A DNA stretch of 64,000 nucleotides from an uncultured Cellvibrionaceae bacterium. GTDB taxonomy: Bacteria; Pseudomonadota; Gammaproteobacteria; Pseudomonadales; Cellvibrionaceae. The notes under the pieces were generated by a model. The model did not search any database and was not told the DNA's origin. It saw only the letters and a program-made list of their open reading frames with translations. This document shows, piece by piece, positions 1 through 8,036 of the stretch (the first letter of the stretch is position 1; each line of letters opens with the position of its first letter). The position numbers and the translations under genes are program-made. The stretch lies in assembly GCA_965650515.1 (NCBI GenBank), contig CBFGOY010000001.1:59289-123288 (forward strand), read 5' to 3'.

Positions 1-312
1 CGCAACTAAAAATAGCGCAGCAATCTTTTCGGGGAATTCCTGCGCGACACTGGCGCTCGCCAGGGCCCCGAAGCTATGGGCGATTAACACAGCGGGTTTA
101 TTAATATTTTGCAATTGCCGGATAATCCCCTGTTTCCATTTTGCCAAATCAGGCGTGTCCCACTCGGGAAGTTCAATGCGTTTGCTGTCCGGCAAGTTTT
201 CTTGCCAGCGCGTTTGCCAATGCCGCGCATCGCTATTGTGCAAGCCCGGCACAATCACTACCGGTTGTTCGCGCAATGCTTGAGGGAAATAAATGGAATC
301 AGGAATGGCCAT
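1..312 (-). CDS. RBBP9/YdeN-family alpha/beta hydrolase, 5' part (runs off the left edge; absent from the ORF track)
   Basis: Manual translation from ATG 312: MAIPDSIYFPQALREQPVVIVPGLHNSDARHWQTRWQ...AVLIAHSFGAL. Contains the IVPG..S...HWQ and AHSFG nucleophile motifs; GGAG RBS upstream. Confidence 0.85.
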   Translation of the reverse strand, partial: MAIPDSIYFPQALREQPVVIVPGLHNSDARHWQTRWQENLPDSKRIELPEWDTPDLAKWKQGIIRQLQNINKPAVLIAHSFGALASASVAQEFPEKIAALFLVA

Positions 313-408
313 GCTGCGTTCTCCACAAATTTTTGTCGCAGCTTAGGGAGTATTTACCGGTTTGAAAAAGAATTGTTTTTTCTTTGCTTATATCAAACTT
401 GCGTTGAC

Positions 409-1023
409 TTACAGTTGGGTGAAAAACAATGCGACGCCCGCGGCGACCAATGCGCTACCGGAAATACGATTGAACCATTGCTGGTGGAGTGGCGATTTCA
501 GCCAGCGCATAATGGCGCTACCGCCAATGGCATATATGGCCATCCAAAGTAAATCTGTGACGAGGAATATGAGGGTTAGTACCGCAAATTGCGCTGTCAT
601 TGATTGCCTGATATCAATGAATTGGGGGAAGAGCGCGCCGAAATAAATTAATCCCTTGGGGTTAGTGATGGCGACCACAAGGGATTTCCAAAACAAATGG
701 CTGCTGCGAATTGATGGAACATCGGTGTTGAAATCATGCGGAATGGCGCGGAATAAATGTATGCCAAGGTAAACCAGATAAGCAGCGCCTACCCATTTGA
801 TCGTATGGAAAACCCATTCCGCTTCCCCGACCAGCAACCCGACCCCTAACGCCGATAACAGCATCAACGCTAAATTGCCTGTACTGGCACCGAGCATGGT
901 GTAAATGGATTTGGCGAAACCGAAGCGCCCCGCATCTGCCATACATGACAGCATAACCGGGCCGGGGCTGGCGGAAACAATGAAGGTAAGCGTTATAAAT
1001 AGCCAAAGTTGTTCTAACGACAT
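409..1023 (-). CDS. LysE/RhtB-family amino acid exporter
   Basis: SPGP motif, 6 hydrophobic segments, WVGAAYLVYLG and NPKGLIYF motifs. Start trimmed to ATG 1023. Confidence 0.9.
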   Translation of the reverse strand: MSLEQLWLFITLTFIVSASPGPVMLSCMADAGRFGFAKSIYTMLGASTGNLALMLLSALGVGLLVGEAEWVFHTIKWVGAAYLVYLGIHLFRAIPHDFNTDVPSIRSSHLFWKSLVVAITNPKGLIYFGALFPQFIDIRQSMTAQFAVLTLIFLVTDLLWMAIYAIGGSAIMRWLKSPLHQQWFNRISGSALVAAGVALFFTQL

Positions 1024-1138
1024 GGGGGAGGTACTGGCAAGCCGGATCGGCACGCAGTGTAACAGAGCCGCCGGCAGCGACGGTAAAGTCTCCTATACTC
1101 AGGTTTGGGCTAAATGCTTGGTTAATTAAAGGTGGGTT

Positions 1139-1477
1139 ATGGCATGTAATAGTATTTCAAGTGCAATCCCGGTGTTGGAAGGATTACAGGCTGGGTTGGA
1201 TCAAGCTTATTGGGAAGCCAATAACCTGGATCGCAAGGATTTTTTCTATGATCTCATTAGTGCCCTGCACGCGGAATTGGCAGAGTTGGGTAAGCTGAGT
1301 GTGCAGGATCACGATTTGCTATATGAGCCGGTAACTGAAGAGTTTCGCGCGGCACGGCCCAAGTTGGGGCGCTTGTTAAAGTTGATTGATGATTTCGCCT
1401 TGCGCTCCACCACGGCGACCAGGCTGGATCAATTGATCAATGAGGTAATGGTACTTATGGGACGCACTGCAAATTAA
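1139..1477 (+). CDS. Hypothetical 112-aa alpha-helical protein
   Basis: ATG ORF with GGTGGG RBS-like sequence that fills the gap divergently from lysE; natural composition; no recognised domain. Confidence 0.7.
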   Translation: MACNSISSAIPVLEGLQAGLDQAYWEANNLDRKDFFYDLISALHAELAELGKLSVQDHDLLYEPVTEEFRAARPKLGRLLKLIDDFALRSTTATRLDQLINEVMVLMGRTAN

Positions 1478-1725
1478 CTTTTTATAGCCTTTCCTAATCA
1501 GTTTTAGCGGTTTATTGCTAAACAATTTAAAAATTGTCATATAAAAACTGGCAATGATCGAAAGTTGAACAATACTGAAACTACCGGTAACGGTTTCTCC
1601 CTGTGAGTCAACGGTGATGTAGCGATTGGTTGGCTTATCGATTTAGGGAGGTTAACGCTGCCGTTGGGTTTTTCTCTTAGCCCAGTTTTGGAACTCCCCT
1701 TTATTTGTAATCTAGTATGGTCTTG

Positions 1726-1756
1726 GCCGGCATCGTTTTGGTGTCGGCTTTTTTTT
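1726..1756 (+). terminator. Intrinsic terminator
   Basis: GCCGGCATC-GTTTT-GGTGTCGGC 9-bp stem (2 G-U) followed by T8. Confidence 0.8.
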
Positions 1757-1789
1757 GTTTATTATTTCGGAAAGTATTTGGTGAAGTTA

Positions 1790-2245
1790 ATGATGAAAAC
1801 GATGGTATTTATATCGCTATTGTCCGCCACCCTGCCGGCCCTTGCGGATTCATGTTTGGATAGCGAGGAATTAATTAAATTGGATCAGCGCTATGAGTCT
1901 GCCATGCAACAGGGAGATGTGGAATTTCTGCGCGGGTTGCTGGCCGAGGAGTTCTATTGGGTACACAACCTGGCGAGCCTTAAAGAAAATAAAGCCCAAT
2001 TGCTGGAGCGCATACAAAAGCCGGAAGAACAACCCAGGTCGCGTCGCTCACATGATTTGAGTGTGCGCCAATTAAAAAATACGGCAGTGGTGGAGGGTTT
2101 AAGCAGTGTGGAAAAATGGAATGCGGATGGCAAAACCATCCGCACTTCGCGCTACCAGGTTATGCGGACCTATGTGGCTATGGAAGGTGAGTGCAAGTTG
2201 TTAGCGGTACAGAGTATGAAAGTCTGGTCCAGCGACGGGCAGTAA
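1790..2245 (+). CDS. Secreted NTF2-like (DUF4440/SnoaL-like) protein
   Basis: Signal peptide MMKTMVFISLLSATLPALA; GDVEFLRGLLAEEF and beta-strand C-terminus typical of NTF2 fold. Start trimmed from ORF 1664. Confidence 0.75.
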   Translation: MMKTMVFISLLSATLPALADSCLDSEELIKLDQRYESAMQQGDVEFLRGLLAEEFYWVHNLASLKENKAQLLERIQKPEEQPRSRRSHDLSVRQLKNTAVVEGLSSVEKWNADGKTIRTSRYQVMRTYVAMEGECKLLAVQSMKVWSSDGQ

Positions 2246-2261
2246 TTGCCCGTCGGCATTC

Positions 2262-3116
2262 CTAATTAAAAATATTATCGTCACCGGGAAACACGCCGGC
2301 TTTTACGTCGGCTACATATTTTTGCATCGCGCCGGGAATATCATTGGCTTCCAGTAAAAAGTTTTTTGAAAATTTCGGCGGCTGTTCGGTAAGGCCGAGA
2401 ATATCGTTAATGACCAATACCTGCGCATCAGTATCGCGACCTGCGCCTATCCCTATAGTAGGAATGGATATTTCGCGAGTGATTCGCGCGCCCAGCGCTG
2501 CGGGTATGCACTCGAGCACCAATAAATCTGCACCGGCTCCGGCAAGGAGCTTGGCATCCGAGAGGATTTTTTCAGCACTTTCCTGATCGCGCCCCTGCAC
2601 GCGGAAACCACCGAATTTATTAACGGATTGCGGTGTTAAACCCAAATGCGCACACACAGGTACACCGCGTTCGGCAAGCATCCGGACCGTATCGGCCAGC
2701 CAGGCGCCGCCTTCAAGTTTCACCATGTGCGCACCGGCTTGCATGATACGCATACAATTGCGCATGGCATCTTCCGGGGTCGCGTAAGTCATAAAGGGTA
2801 AATCACCGATTATGAGTGACTTTTTATTCCCGCGTGCGACAGCTTCCACATGGTAAATCATCTGTTCCATAGTGACCGGAACGGTACTGCCGTAGCCCAG
2901 CACTGTCATGCCAAGCGAATCGCCAATCAAAACGACTTCGACACCGCATCGTTGCGCCATGGCTGCCATATGGGCATCGTACAAAGAAATCACCACAAAT
3001 TTTTCGCCTGTACTCTTTAATTTATTAAGGGTATGGATGGTGACATTTTTGGTGAGCGCAGTGTTCGCCGTTGGTGTGCTGTTGGCTGATGGGCTGTTAA
3101 TGGTTCCGTAGGGCAT
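2262..3116 (-). CDS. panB: 3-methyl-2-oxobutanoate hydroxymethyltransferase
   Basis: LIGDSLGM, GDLPFMTY, VKLEGG, HLGLTPQS, GIGAG motifs. Confidence 0.97.
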   Translation of the reverse strand: MPYGTINSPSANSTPTANTALTKNVTIHTLNKLKSTGEKFVVISLYDAHMAAMAQRCGVEVVLIGDSLGMTVLGYGSTVPVTMEQMIYHVEAVARGNKKSLIIGDLPFMTYATPEDAMRNCMRIMQAGAHMVKLEGGAWLADTVRMLAERGVPVCAHLGLTPQSVNKFGGFRVQGRDQESAEKILSDAKLLAGAGADLLVLECIPAALGARITREISIPTIGIGAGRDTDAQVLVINDILGLTEQPPKFSKNFLLEANDIPGAMQKYVADVKAGVFPGDDNIFN

Positions 3117-3140
3117 GGCAACTCTCACATGGCAAAGGAT

Positions 3141-3824
3141 TTAAAGTGCTGGCACCGGGTTGTAATAGTGGCGGCCACTTTTAATGGTAAGGATATATTC
3201 CACCAATTGTTTAAAGTGATCACGATTTTTTGCCAGATTTAAATCTTTGGCGTTCACGATCAGCAACGGAGCCCCATCGTAGAAATGAAAAAATTCCGTA
3301 TAGGCATCATTGAGTGCTTTTAAATAGTCGGCGCTGATATGTTGCTCTGCGCTAATTCCGCGCTGGCGAATTCGTTCCAGTAACACATCGAGTGGTGCCT
3401 GCAAATAAATAACCAGGTCCGGCTTGGGCGCATTAATTACGAGTTTGTCGTAGACCTGGCGATAAATATTCAATTCGTCATCATCCAGGGTTGTGCGCGC
3501 GAATAATTGATCTTTTTCAATCAGGAAATCGGCGACACGTACTGGTTCAAACATGTCATCCTGGCGCAAGCTTTGTAATTGATTGGCGCGCTGGAATAAA
3601 AAGAAAAGTTGCGTAGGAAGCGCGGTTGATTTCGGATCGCGGTAGAAGCGCTCTAAAAACGGATTCTCTTCCGGTTGTTCCAGCAGCATGTCGTAATTAA
3701 ACAAACGGGCAATATTGCGCGCGAGGGTCGTTTTGCCCACGCCGATACACCCTTCCACAGCGATATAGCGCGGCAATTTAATATTAGTCAGGTCAAGGGC
3801 TAATTCTTCGAATACAGCGTCCAC
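3141..3824 (-). CDS. Deoxynucleoside kinase family protein
   Basis: IAVEGCIGVGKTT P-loop, ENPFLERFY, PDLVIYLQA; sits between folK and panB. Confidence 0.92.
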   Translation of the reverse strand: MDAVFEELALDLTNIKLPRYIAVEGCIGVGKTTLARNIARLFNYDMLLEQPEENPFLERFYRDPKSTALPTQLFFLFQRANQLQSLRQDDMFEPVRVADFLIEKDQLFARTTLDDDELNIYRQVYDKLVINAPKPDLVIYLQAPLDVLLERIRQRGISAEQHISADYLKALNDAYTEFFHFYDGAPLLIVNAKDLNLAKNRDHFKQLVEYILTIKSGRHYYNPVPAL

Positions 3825-3842
3825 ATTAACTCCTCGCGCCGG

Positions 3843-4328
3843 TCAGCGACTCTCGGGCAAGCGAACCAAACCCTCAAACGGGCATTGGCTGATTAAGGCT
3901 TGCAGTGATTGGCCATCCGGTAGTTGTAAGTTCGGGTCTATATCGGCCAGCGGATACAGCACAAAACTGCGCCGGGTCAGGTAAGGGTGGGGCACATGGA
4001 GGCGCTGGTGCCGGATAGTTTCATTGCCGTACAGGAGCAAGTCCAGGTCCAGGGTACGCGGTCCCCAATGCTGGAGGCGCTGGCGTCGATGAGCTTGCTC
4101 TATCGCTTGCAGTGCATCCAGTAATTCGAGTGGGGCGAGGCCGGTCTCCACCCGTGCGACCGCATTGATATAGTCTGGTTGTTCCGGTCCTATAGCGCGG
4201 CTTTGGTAGAGCGCCGACCGCGTTACCAGGCGGGTTTTTGCGATGGCTTTCAATTCCTCGAAAGCCCGTCCGACCTGGATAAGCGGCTCTTCCAGGTTGC
4301 TACCCAAGCCTATATAGGCAAACACCAT
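3843..4328 (-). CDS. folK: 2-amino-4-hydroxy-6-hydroxymethyldihydropteridine pyrophosphokinase
   Basis: YIGLGSNL, QPDYINAV, WGPRTLDLDLL, PHP motifs. Confidence 0.97.
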   Translation of the reverse strand: MVFAYIGLGSNLEEPLIQVGRAFEELKAIAKTRLVTRSALYQSRAIGPEQPDYINAVARVETGLAPLELLDALQAIEQAHRRQRLQHWGPRTLDLDLLLYGNETIRHQRLHVPHPYLTRRSFVLYPLADIDPNLQLPDGQSLQALISQCPFEGLVRLPESR

Positions 4329-4331
4329 GGG

Positions 4332-5714
4332 TTATTCGTTCCCGCTGCCGGTATCGGTTTTCGGTTTCCGCGGGCCACGGCGCCGGCGGGGTTTACTGCC
4401 GGCTTTGGCGCCGCCCTGTTTGGCCAGTTCTTTTACCATGCGCTCGCGCTCTTCATCGCCAGCGCTTTGGTAATGGGTCCACCACAAACCCAGACCCTCC
4501 AGGGGTTCGCCCGCTGCTTCGCGCATCAGCAGGAAGTCGTAGGCGGCACGGAAGCGCGGATGATCCAGGGTGCGCAGGGCGCGCATTCCCATGCGATTGG
4601 GCAGGCGTTGTTGTAAATCCCAGATTTCACGCATTGGAATCAGGAAGCGCTTGGGAATAGCGGTGCGGGTTAATTGCTGGTTGATGATGTCGGTACCGGC
4701 TTGTGCCCAGGCCTGGACCGGCGTCATCTGGGTGGCCAGTAACTGGAATCGTTGTTGCATCGCTGGCCAGAGCAGTGCGGCGTAAATAAATGCCGGGGTA
4801 ACGGTTTTATCGGAGCGTATGCGCTTATCGGTATTTACCATGCACTGCTCAATGAGGTTCGCGCCTGATTCGTCCGCTGTTTTCAGGGCGGCGTCCGTAC
4901 CGGGGAAAAGATGCAATAACACGTTATATTCACGCAACAGGTTGAATGTCGCCGTTGCCGAGCCGCCCAGGAACAATTTAAGCACTTCTTCAAACAGGCG
5001 TGCCTCGGACACATTCAGCAACAGGTTGCCCAATTCGCGGATAGGTTTGGCGGTGGCCGGATCGATACTAAAACCGAGCTTGGCGGCAAAGCGCAATGCG
5101 CGCAGTATACGCACCGGGTCTTCCTTATAGCGCGTTACAGGGTCGCCGATAATGCGCAGGGTACGGTTTTTCAGGTCTTCCATACCCTTGCAGTAATCAA
5201 TGACGGAAAAGTCCTTCAGGGTGTAATAAAGCGCGTTAACAGTAAAATCGCGCCGCATCGCATCGGTTTCCAGGGTGCCGTAAACATTGTCTCGCAATAG
5301 CATGCCGTCTTCGCTGCGCGCGGAATGATGGGAGGCATCGTCGTGATGGCCGCGAAAGGTGGTTACTTCGATAACCTCCCGCCCCATGCGCACATGGACA
5401 ATCTGGAAGCGCCGCCCCACAATCCGGGCGCTGCGAAACAAGCGTTTTACCTCATCGGGTTTGGCATTGGTTGCCACATCAAAATCTTTCGGGTGGTTGC
5501 CGAGTAATAAGTCGCGTACACCGCCGCCAACCAGGTAAGCGGAATATCCCGCATCTTCCAACTGTTTAATGATCTTTATCGCTGCCTGGCTGATGTTTTT
5601 GCGCGAAATATTATGTTGGTCTCGTGGAATGGTAACGGCGCCATCGCTTGTGCGTCGAGCGGCTACTTTGCCGGAATCCTTTGAGGTAAATAAGTTGAGC
5701 AAGCGTTTGAGCAT
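4332..5714 (-). CDS. pcnB: Poly(A) polymerase I
   Basis: LVGGGVRDLLLG..PKDFDVAT, VGRRF, RRDFTVNAL, EDPVRILRA, HPRFRAAYDF; basic C-terminal tail. Confidence 0.97.
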   Translation of the reverse strand: MLKRLLNLFTSKDSGKVAARRTSDGAVTIPRDQHNISRKNISQAAIKIIKQLEDAGYSAYLVGGGVRDLLLGNHPKDFDVATNAKPDEVKRLFRSARIVGRRFQIVHVRMGREVIEVTTFRGHHDDASHHSARSEDGMLLRDNVYGTLETDAMRRDFTVNALYYTLKDFSVIDYCKGMEDLKNRTLRIIGDPVTRYKEDPVRILRALRFAAKLGFSIDPATAKPIRELGNLLLNVSEARLFEEVLKLFLGGSATATFNLLREYNVLLHLFPGTDAALKTADESGANLIEQCMVNTDKRIRSDKTVTPAFIYAALLWPAMQQRFQLLATQMTPVQAWAQAGTDIINQQLTRTAIPKRFLIPMREIWDLQQRLPNRMGMRALRTLDHPRFRAAYDFLLMREAAGEPLEGLGLWWTHYQSAGDEERERMVKELAKQGGAKAGSKPRRRRGPRKPKTDTGSGNE

Positions 5715-5850
5715 GGTGTATGGGGTAGTTAGTTGCGTGAAAGCGGGAGTTTAGCAGATGATCGGGGTTTTTTACGACATGGCGGAAAGCCGACCGAATT
5801 TGAACCTGGCGTTGGCATGAAAATTTGTGCCGATTTTGCGAATCTGCATA

Positions 5851-5880
5851 AAGCAAAACGGGAAAGCTTTCGCTTTCCCG
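5851..5880 (-). terminator. Intrinsic terminator of the CrcZ-like sRNA
   Basis: Minus strand CGGGAAAGC-GAAA-GCTTTCCCG-TTTTGCTT: perfect 9-bp stem, GNRA loop, U tract. Confidence 0.88.
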
Positions 5881-6069
5881 CTGGAGGGTAGCACCAAGGT
5901 GCTGCAAATTGGCATCTCAATGGGTGCCTCCATGGCAAACATCCAATCTCGCGTGCTATCCCATCCTGTGCCTAGTCAGTAGTCCGCTTTATTTTACTGT
6001 CTTATTGCTCTTGTCTTCTAGCGTGGTCAATCTAAGTTATTGTTTTCGTTATTGTTATATATGTTCTGT

Positions 6070-6245
6070 TGTTATTATTTCTTGTTGTTATGTTTAATCT
6101 TTCAGTTTCTTATTGTTTGTTGTTGTTATGTATTTGCTTCAGTTTCTTATTGTCTATTGTTGTTATTTTAAAATTGATCAGTTTCTTATTATTTGTTGTT
6201 GTTATTAGATTGGGTAAGCTAATTCTTATTATTTGTTTTTGTTAT
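6070..6245 (-). repeat. About five degenerate tandem A-rich units, consensus ATAACAACAACAAA(T/C)AATAAGAAACTGA, period ~37-41 nt
   Basis: The core tcagtttcttatt occurs exactly at + strand 6102-6114, 6139-6151 and 6178-6190, with degenerate copies near 6221-6245 and 6070-6091. Confidence 0.85.
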
Positions 6246-6256
6246 GGCCGACATAG

Positions 6257-6272
6257 AGCATCTCTTGTGCCA
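6257..6272 (-). promoter_or_regulatory. Sigma54 (-24/-12) promoter of the CrcZ-like sRNA
   Basis: TGGCAC-AAGAG-ATGCT against consensus TGGCAC-N5-TTGC; GG/GC spacing is correct. Confidence 0.85.
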
Positions 6273-6291
6273 CTTTTAGAAATCCTAATAA

Positions 6292-6304
6292 TAACAATTG
6301 CTTA
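6292..6304 (+). promoter_or_regulatory. Possible IHF site between UAS and sigma54 promoter
   Basis: TAACAATTGCTTA has one mismatch to WATCAANNNNTTR; the region is AT-rich, so a chance match is possible. Confidence 0.3.
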
Positions 6305-6368
6305 TGTTTTTTGAGGCGGTGTTTATTTCTTTTTGTTATTTCGAACAGTTACAGAATGGTAGCGAGTT

Positions 6369-6395
6369 TGTTACGGGTGGGTAGAGAAAGTAACA
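6369..6395. promoter_or_regulatory. CbrB-type upstream activator palindrome TGTTAC-N15-GTAACA
   Basis: Perfect inverted 6-mers ~100-120 bp upstream of the -24 box, with extra GTAAC/GTTAC half-sites near 6348, 6407 and 6428. Matches TGTTAC/GTAACA half-sites described for Pseudomonas crcZ. Confidence 0.75.
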
Positions 6396-6486
6396 GTTTT
6401 TTTACGGTAACACCCTTGTGGTTAGGGGTAACGGTTTGTCGTTAAAATTGGTATTTGTGGCGTATTTATTAATAAACGTGTCGCTA

Positions 6487-6525
6487 AAAGTAAAAATCCC
6501 CGCTGCTTTACACATAACGGGGATT
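6487..6525 (-). terminator. Probable terminator downstream of cbrB
   Basis: Minus strand AATCCCCG-15 nt-CGGGGATT followed by TTTACTTTT. Confidence 0.6.
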
Positions 6526-6552
6526 CTTCTGGGTGCGAAAAGTAAAAAGGAA

Positions 6553-7962
6553 TTATTTGGCGCTTGTCGCCGAGGCAGAGGCCTTGGTACGGGGAATACC
6601 AAGCCGCTGACGGCGTTCCCACAGGCACTTGCGACTCACACCGAGTTTACGCGCCAGTTCGGTTTCGCTCATGGTGTCCTGGTGTTCAAGGACGAAGCGT
6701 TGGAAATAATCTTCCAGTGACAGGTCTTCGCCAACGTCCTGCCTGCTGCTCCGGCCAGCCAGGCGCGGGGCTTCAATTAATGAGCTGCCGGTGTTGTCAT
6801 CCAAATCAAGGGCTTCCATATCAATCGAAAGCAAATGGTCGCCAATTTCGTTGGCGTCTTCACACAGGATTACCGCGCGTTGCATGGCATTTTCCAATTC
6901 CCGGACATTCCCTGGCCAGTTATAGCTCATGATGGTATCTATCGCGGAGGAGGACAGTTTTAGTTGCGGTTTGCCGAACTGGCCGCAGTAACGCTGCAAC
7001 AGTGATTCGGCAATGTTGATGATGTCGCGGCCGCGCTCACGTAATGGCGGCAATTCCAGTTGGACGACATTGATACGGAAATACAGGTCTTCGCGGAACT
7101 TGCCTTCTTTGGCCAATTTGCGCAGGTCGCGATGGGTAGCCGCCACAAGGCGTACGTCGACTTTGCGTGACTCTACCGAACCGAGGGGACGGACCTCTCC
7201 TTCCTGCAATACGCGCAACAGGCGCGCTTGTGCTTCCAGGGGTAATTCGCCGATTTCATCGAGGAACAGGGTTCCGCCATCCGCTGCCGCCACGAGGCCT
7301 TCGCGGTTATTGGCGGCACCGGTAAATGCCCCTTTTTCATAACCGAAAAGTTCGGATTCAATCAAGGTATCGGGAATGGCGGCACAGTTAACCGAGATCA
7401 TCAGGTGATTGTTGCGGTTGCTTTCTTCGTGCAGGGCGCGCGCCACCAGTTCTTTACCGGTTCCGGTCTCCCCGTGGATAAGCACGGTGGCATTGGTTGG
7501 GGCAACCTTATGGATGCGATTATAAAGGTCTTGCATGACATCGCTCGAACCAATCATACCGGCAATTGCACTGCTGGCGGCCTGGCTGGATGCCGCTGCT
7601 TTACTCGCGGCCTTGGCTTTACCGATGACGCGTTTGACGGCGTTGACCATTTCATCGTGGTCAAATGGCTTGGCGATATAGTCCACCGCACCCATGCGCA
7701 TGGAATCGACTGCCGAACGTAAACTGGCGTAACTGGTCATGATCAGTACCGGCGTATCCCCCGCCAGTTTGATCAGGTCTGTACCAGGGGCGCCGGGCAG
7801 GCGGAGGTCACTGATGATCAGGTCAAAATCCTTGAGCTGGAATTTGGATGTCGCCTCTTTGACAGATGGGGCCTCGCTGACCTCGTACTGGTTGCGCTCT
7901 AGCAGCTTGCGCAGGGCGTTACGGATGATGGTTTCGTCTTCAACAATCAGAATCTTACTCAT
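6553..7962 (-). CDS. cbrB: Sigma54-dependent response regulator CbrB (NtrC family)
   Basis: Receiver ([11 protein letters not shown]), AAA+ ([32 protein letters not shown]), and CbrB-type C-terminal HTH ([43 protein letters not shown]). Confidence 0.93.
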   Translation of the reverse strand: MSKILIVEDETIIRNALRKLLERNQYEVSEAPSVKEATSKFQLKDFDLIISDLRLPGAPGTDLIKLAGDTPVLIMTSYASLRSAVDSMRMGAVDYIAKPFDHDEMVNAVKRVIGKAKAASKAAASSQAASSAIAGMIGSSDVMQDLYNRIHKVAPTNATVLIHGETGTGKELVARALHEESNRNNHLMISVNCAAIPDTLIESELFGYEKGAFTGAANNREGLVAAADGGTLFLDEIGELPLEAQARLLRVLQEGEVRPLGSVESRKVDVRLVAATHRDLRKLAKEGKFREDLYFRINVVQLELPPLRERGRDIINIAESLLQRYCGQFGKPQLKLSSSAIDTIMSYNWPGNVRELENAMQRAVILCEDANEIGDHLLSIDMEALDLDDNTGSSLIEAPRLAGRSSRQDVGEDLSLEDYFQRFVLEHQDTMSETELARKLGVSRKCLWERRQRLGIPRTKASASATSAK

Positions 7963-8036
7963 AGCTATCCGGGTCTTGCGTGTTAATGTTTACTGGTGTG
8001 GCCCGGGGCATTGCCGCACGGGTCGCGAGTTTTCTG

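Larger units (their letters stand above)
5851..6246 (-). ncRNA. crcZ: CrcZ-like Hfq/Crc-sequestering sRNA (~395 nt)
   Basis: Lies between cbrB and pcnB, the crcZ position in Pseudomonas. Bounded by a sigma54 promoter and a terminator; many AAnAAnAA motifs (AATAACAA, AACAACAA, AATAAGAA). The 5' end is estimated from -12 spacing. Confidence 0.85.

Noticed and set aside
109-646. + strand ORFs 109-552, 141-365 and 362-646
   Set aside because: They are shadows of the minus-strand YdeN-type hydrolase and lysE, which carry clear motifs.
1478-1789. 6S RNA, SRP RNA, RsmY/Z, PrrF or known riboswitch
   Set aside because: No diagnostic motif of these families was recognisable; kept only as an unassigned RNA candidate.
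6070-6245. A-rich direct repeats as a CRISPR array
   Set aside because: Units are degenerate, non-palindromic and separated by only ~10-15 nt, with no cas genes. The promoter, terminator and synteny fit a CrcZ-type sRNA.
5909-6314. ORFs 5909-6097 and 6069-6314 (+) as hydrophobic small proteins
   Set aside because: The L/V/I/C/Y-rich composition is simply the translation of the T-rich antisense strand of the sRNA.
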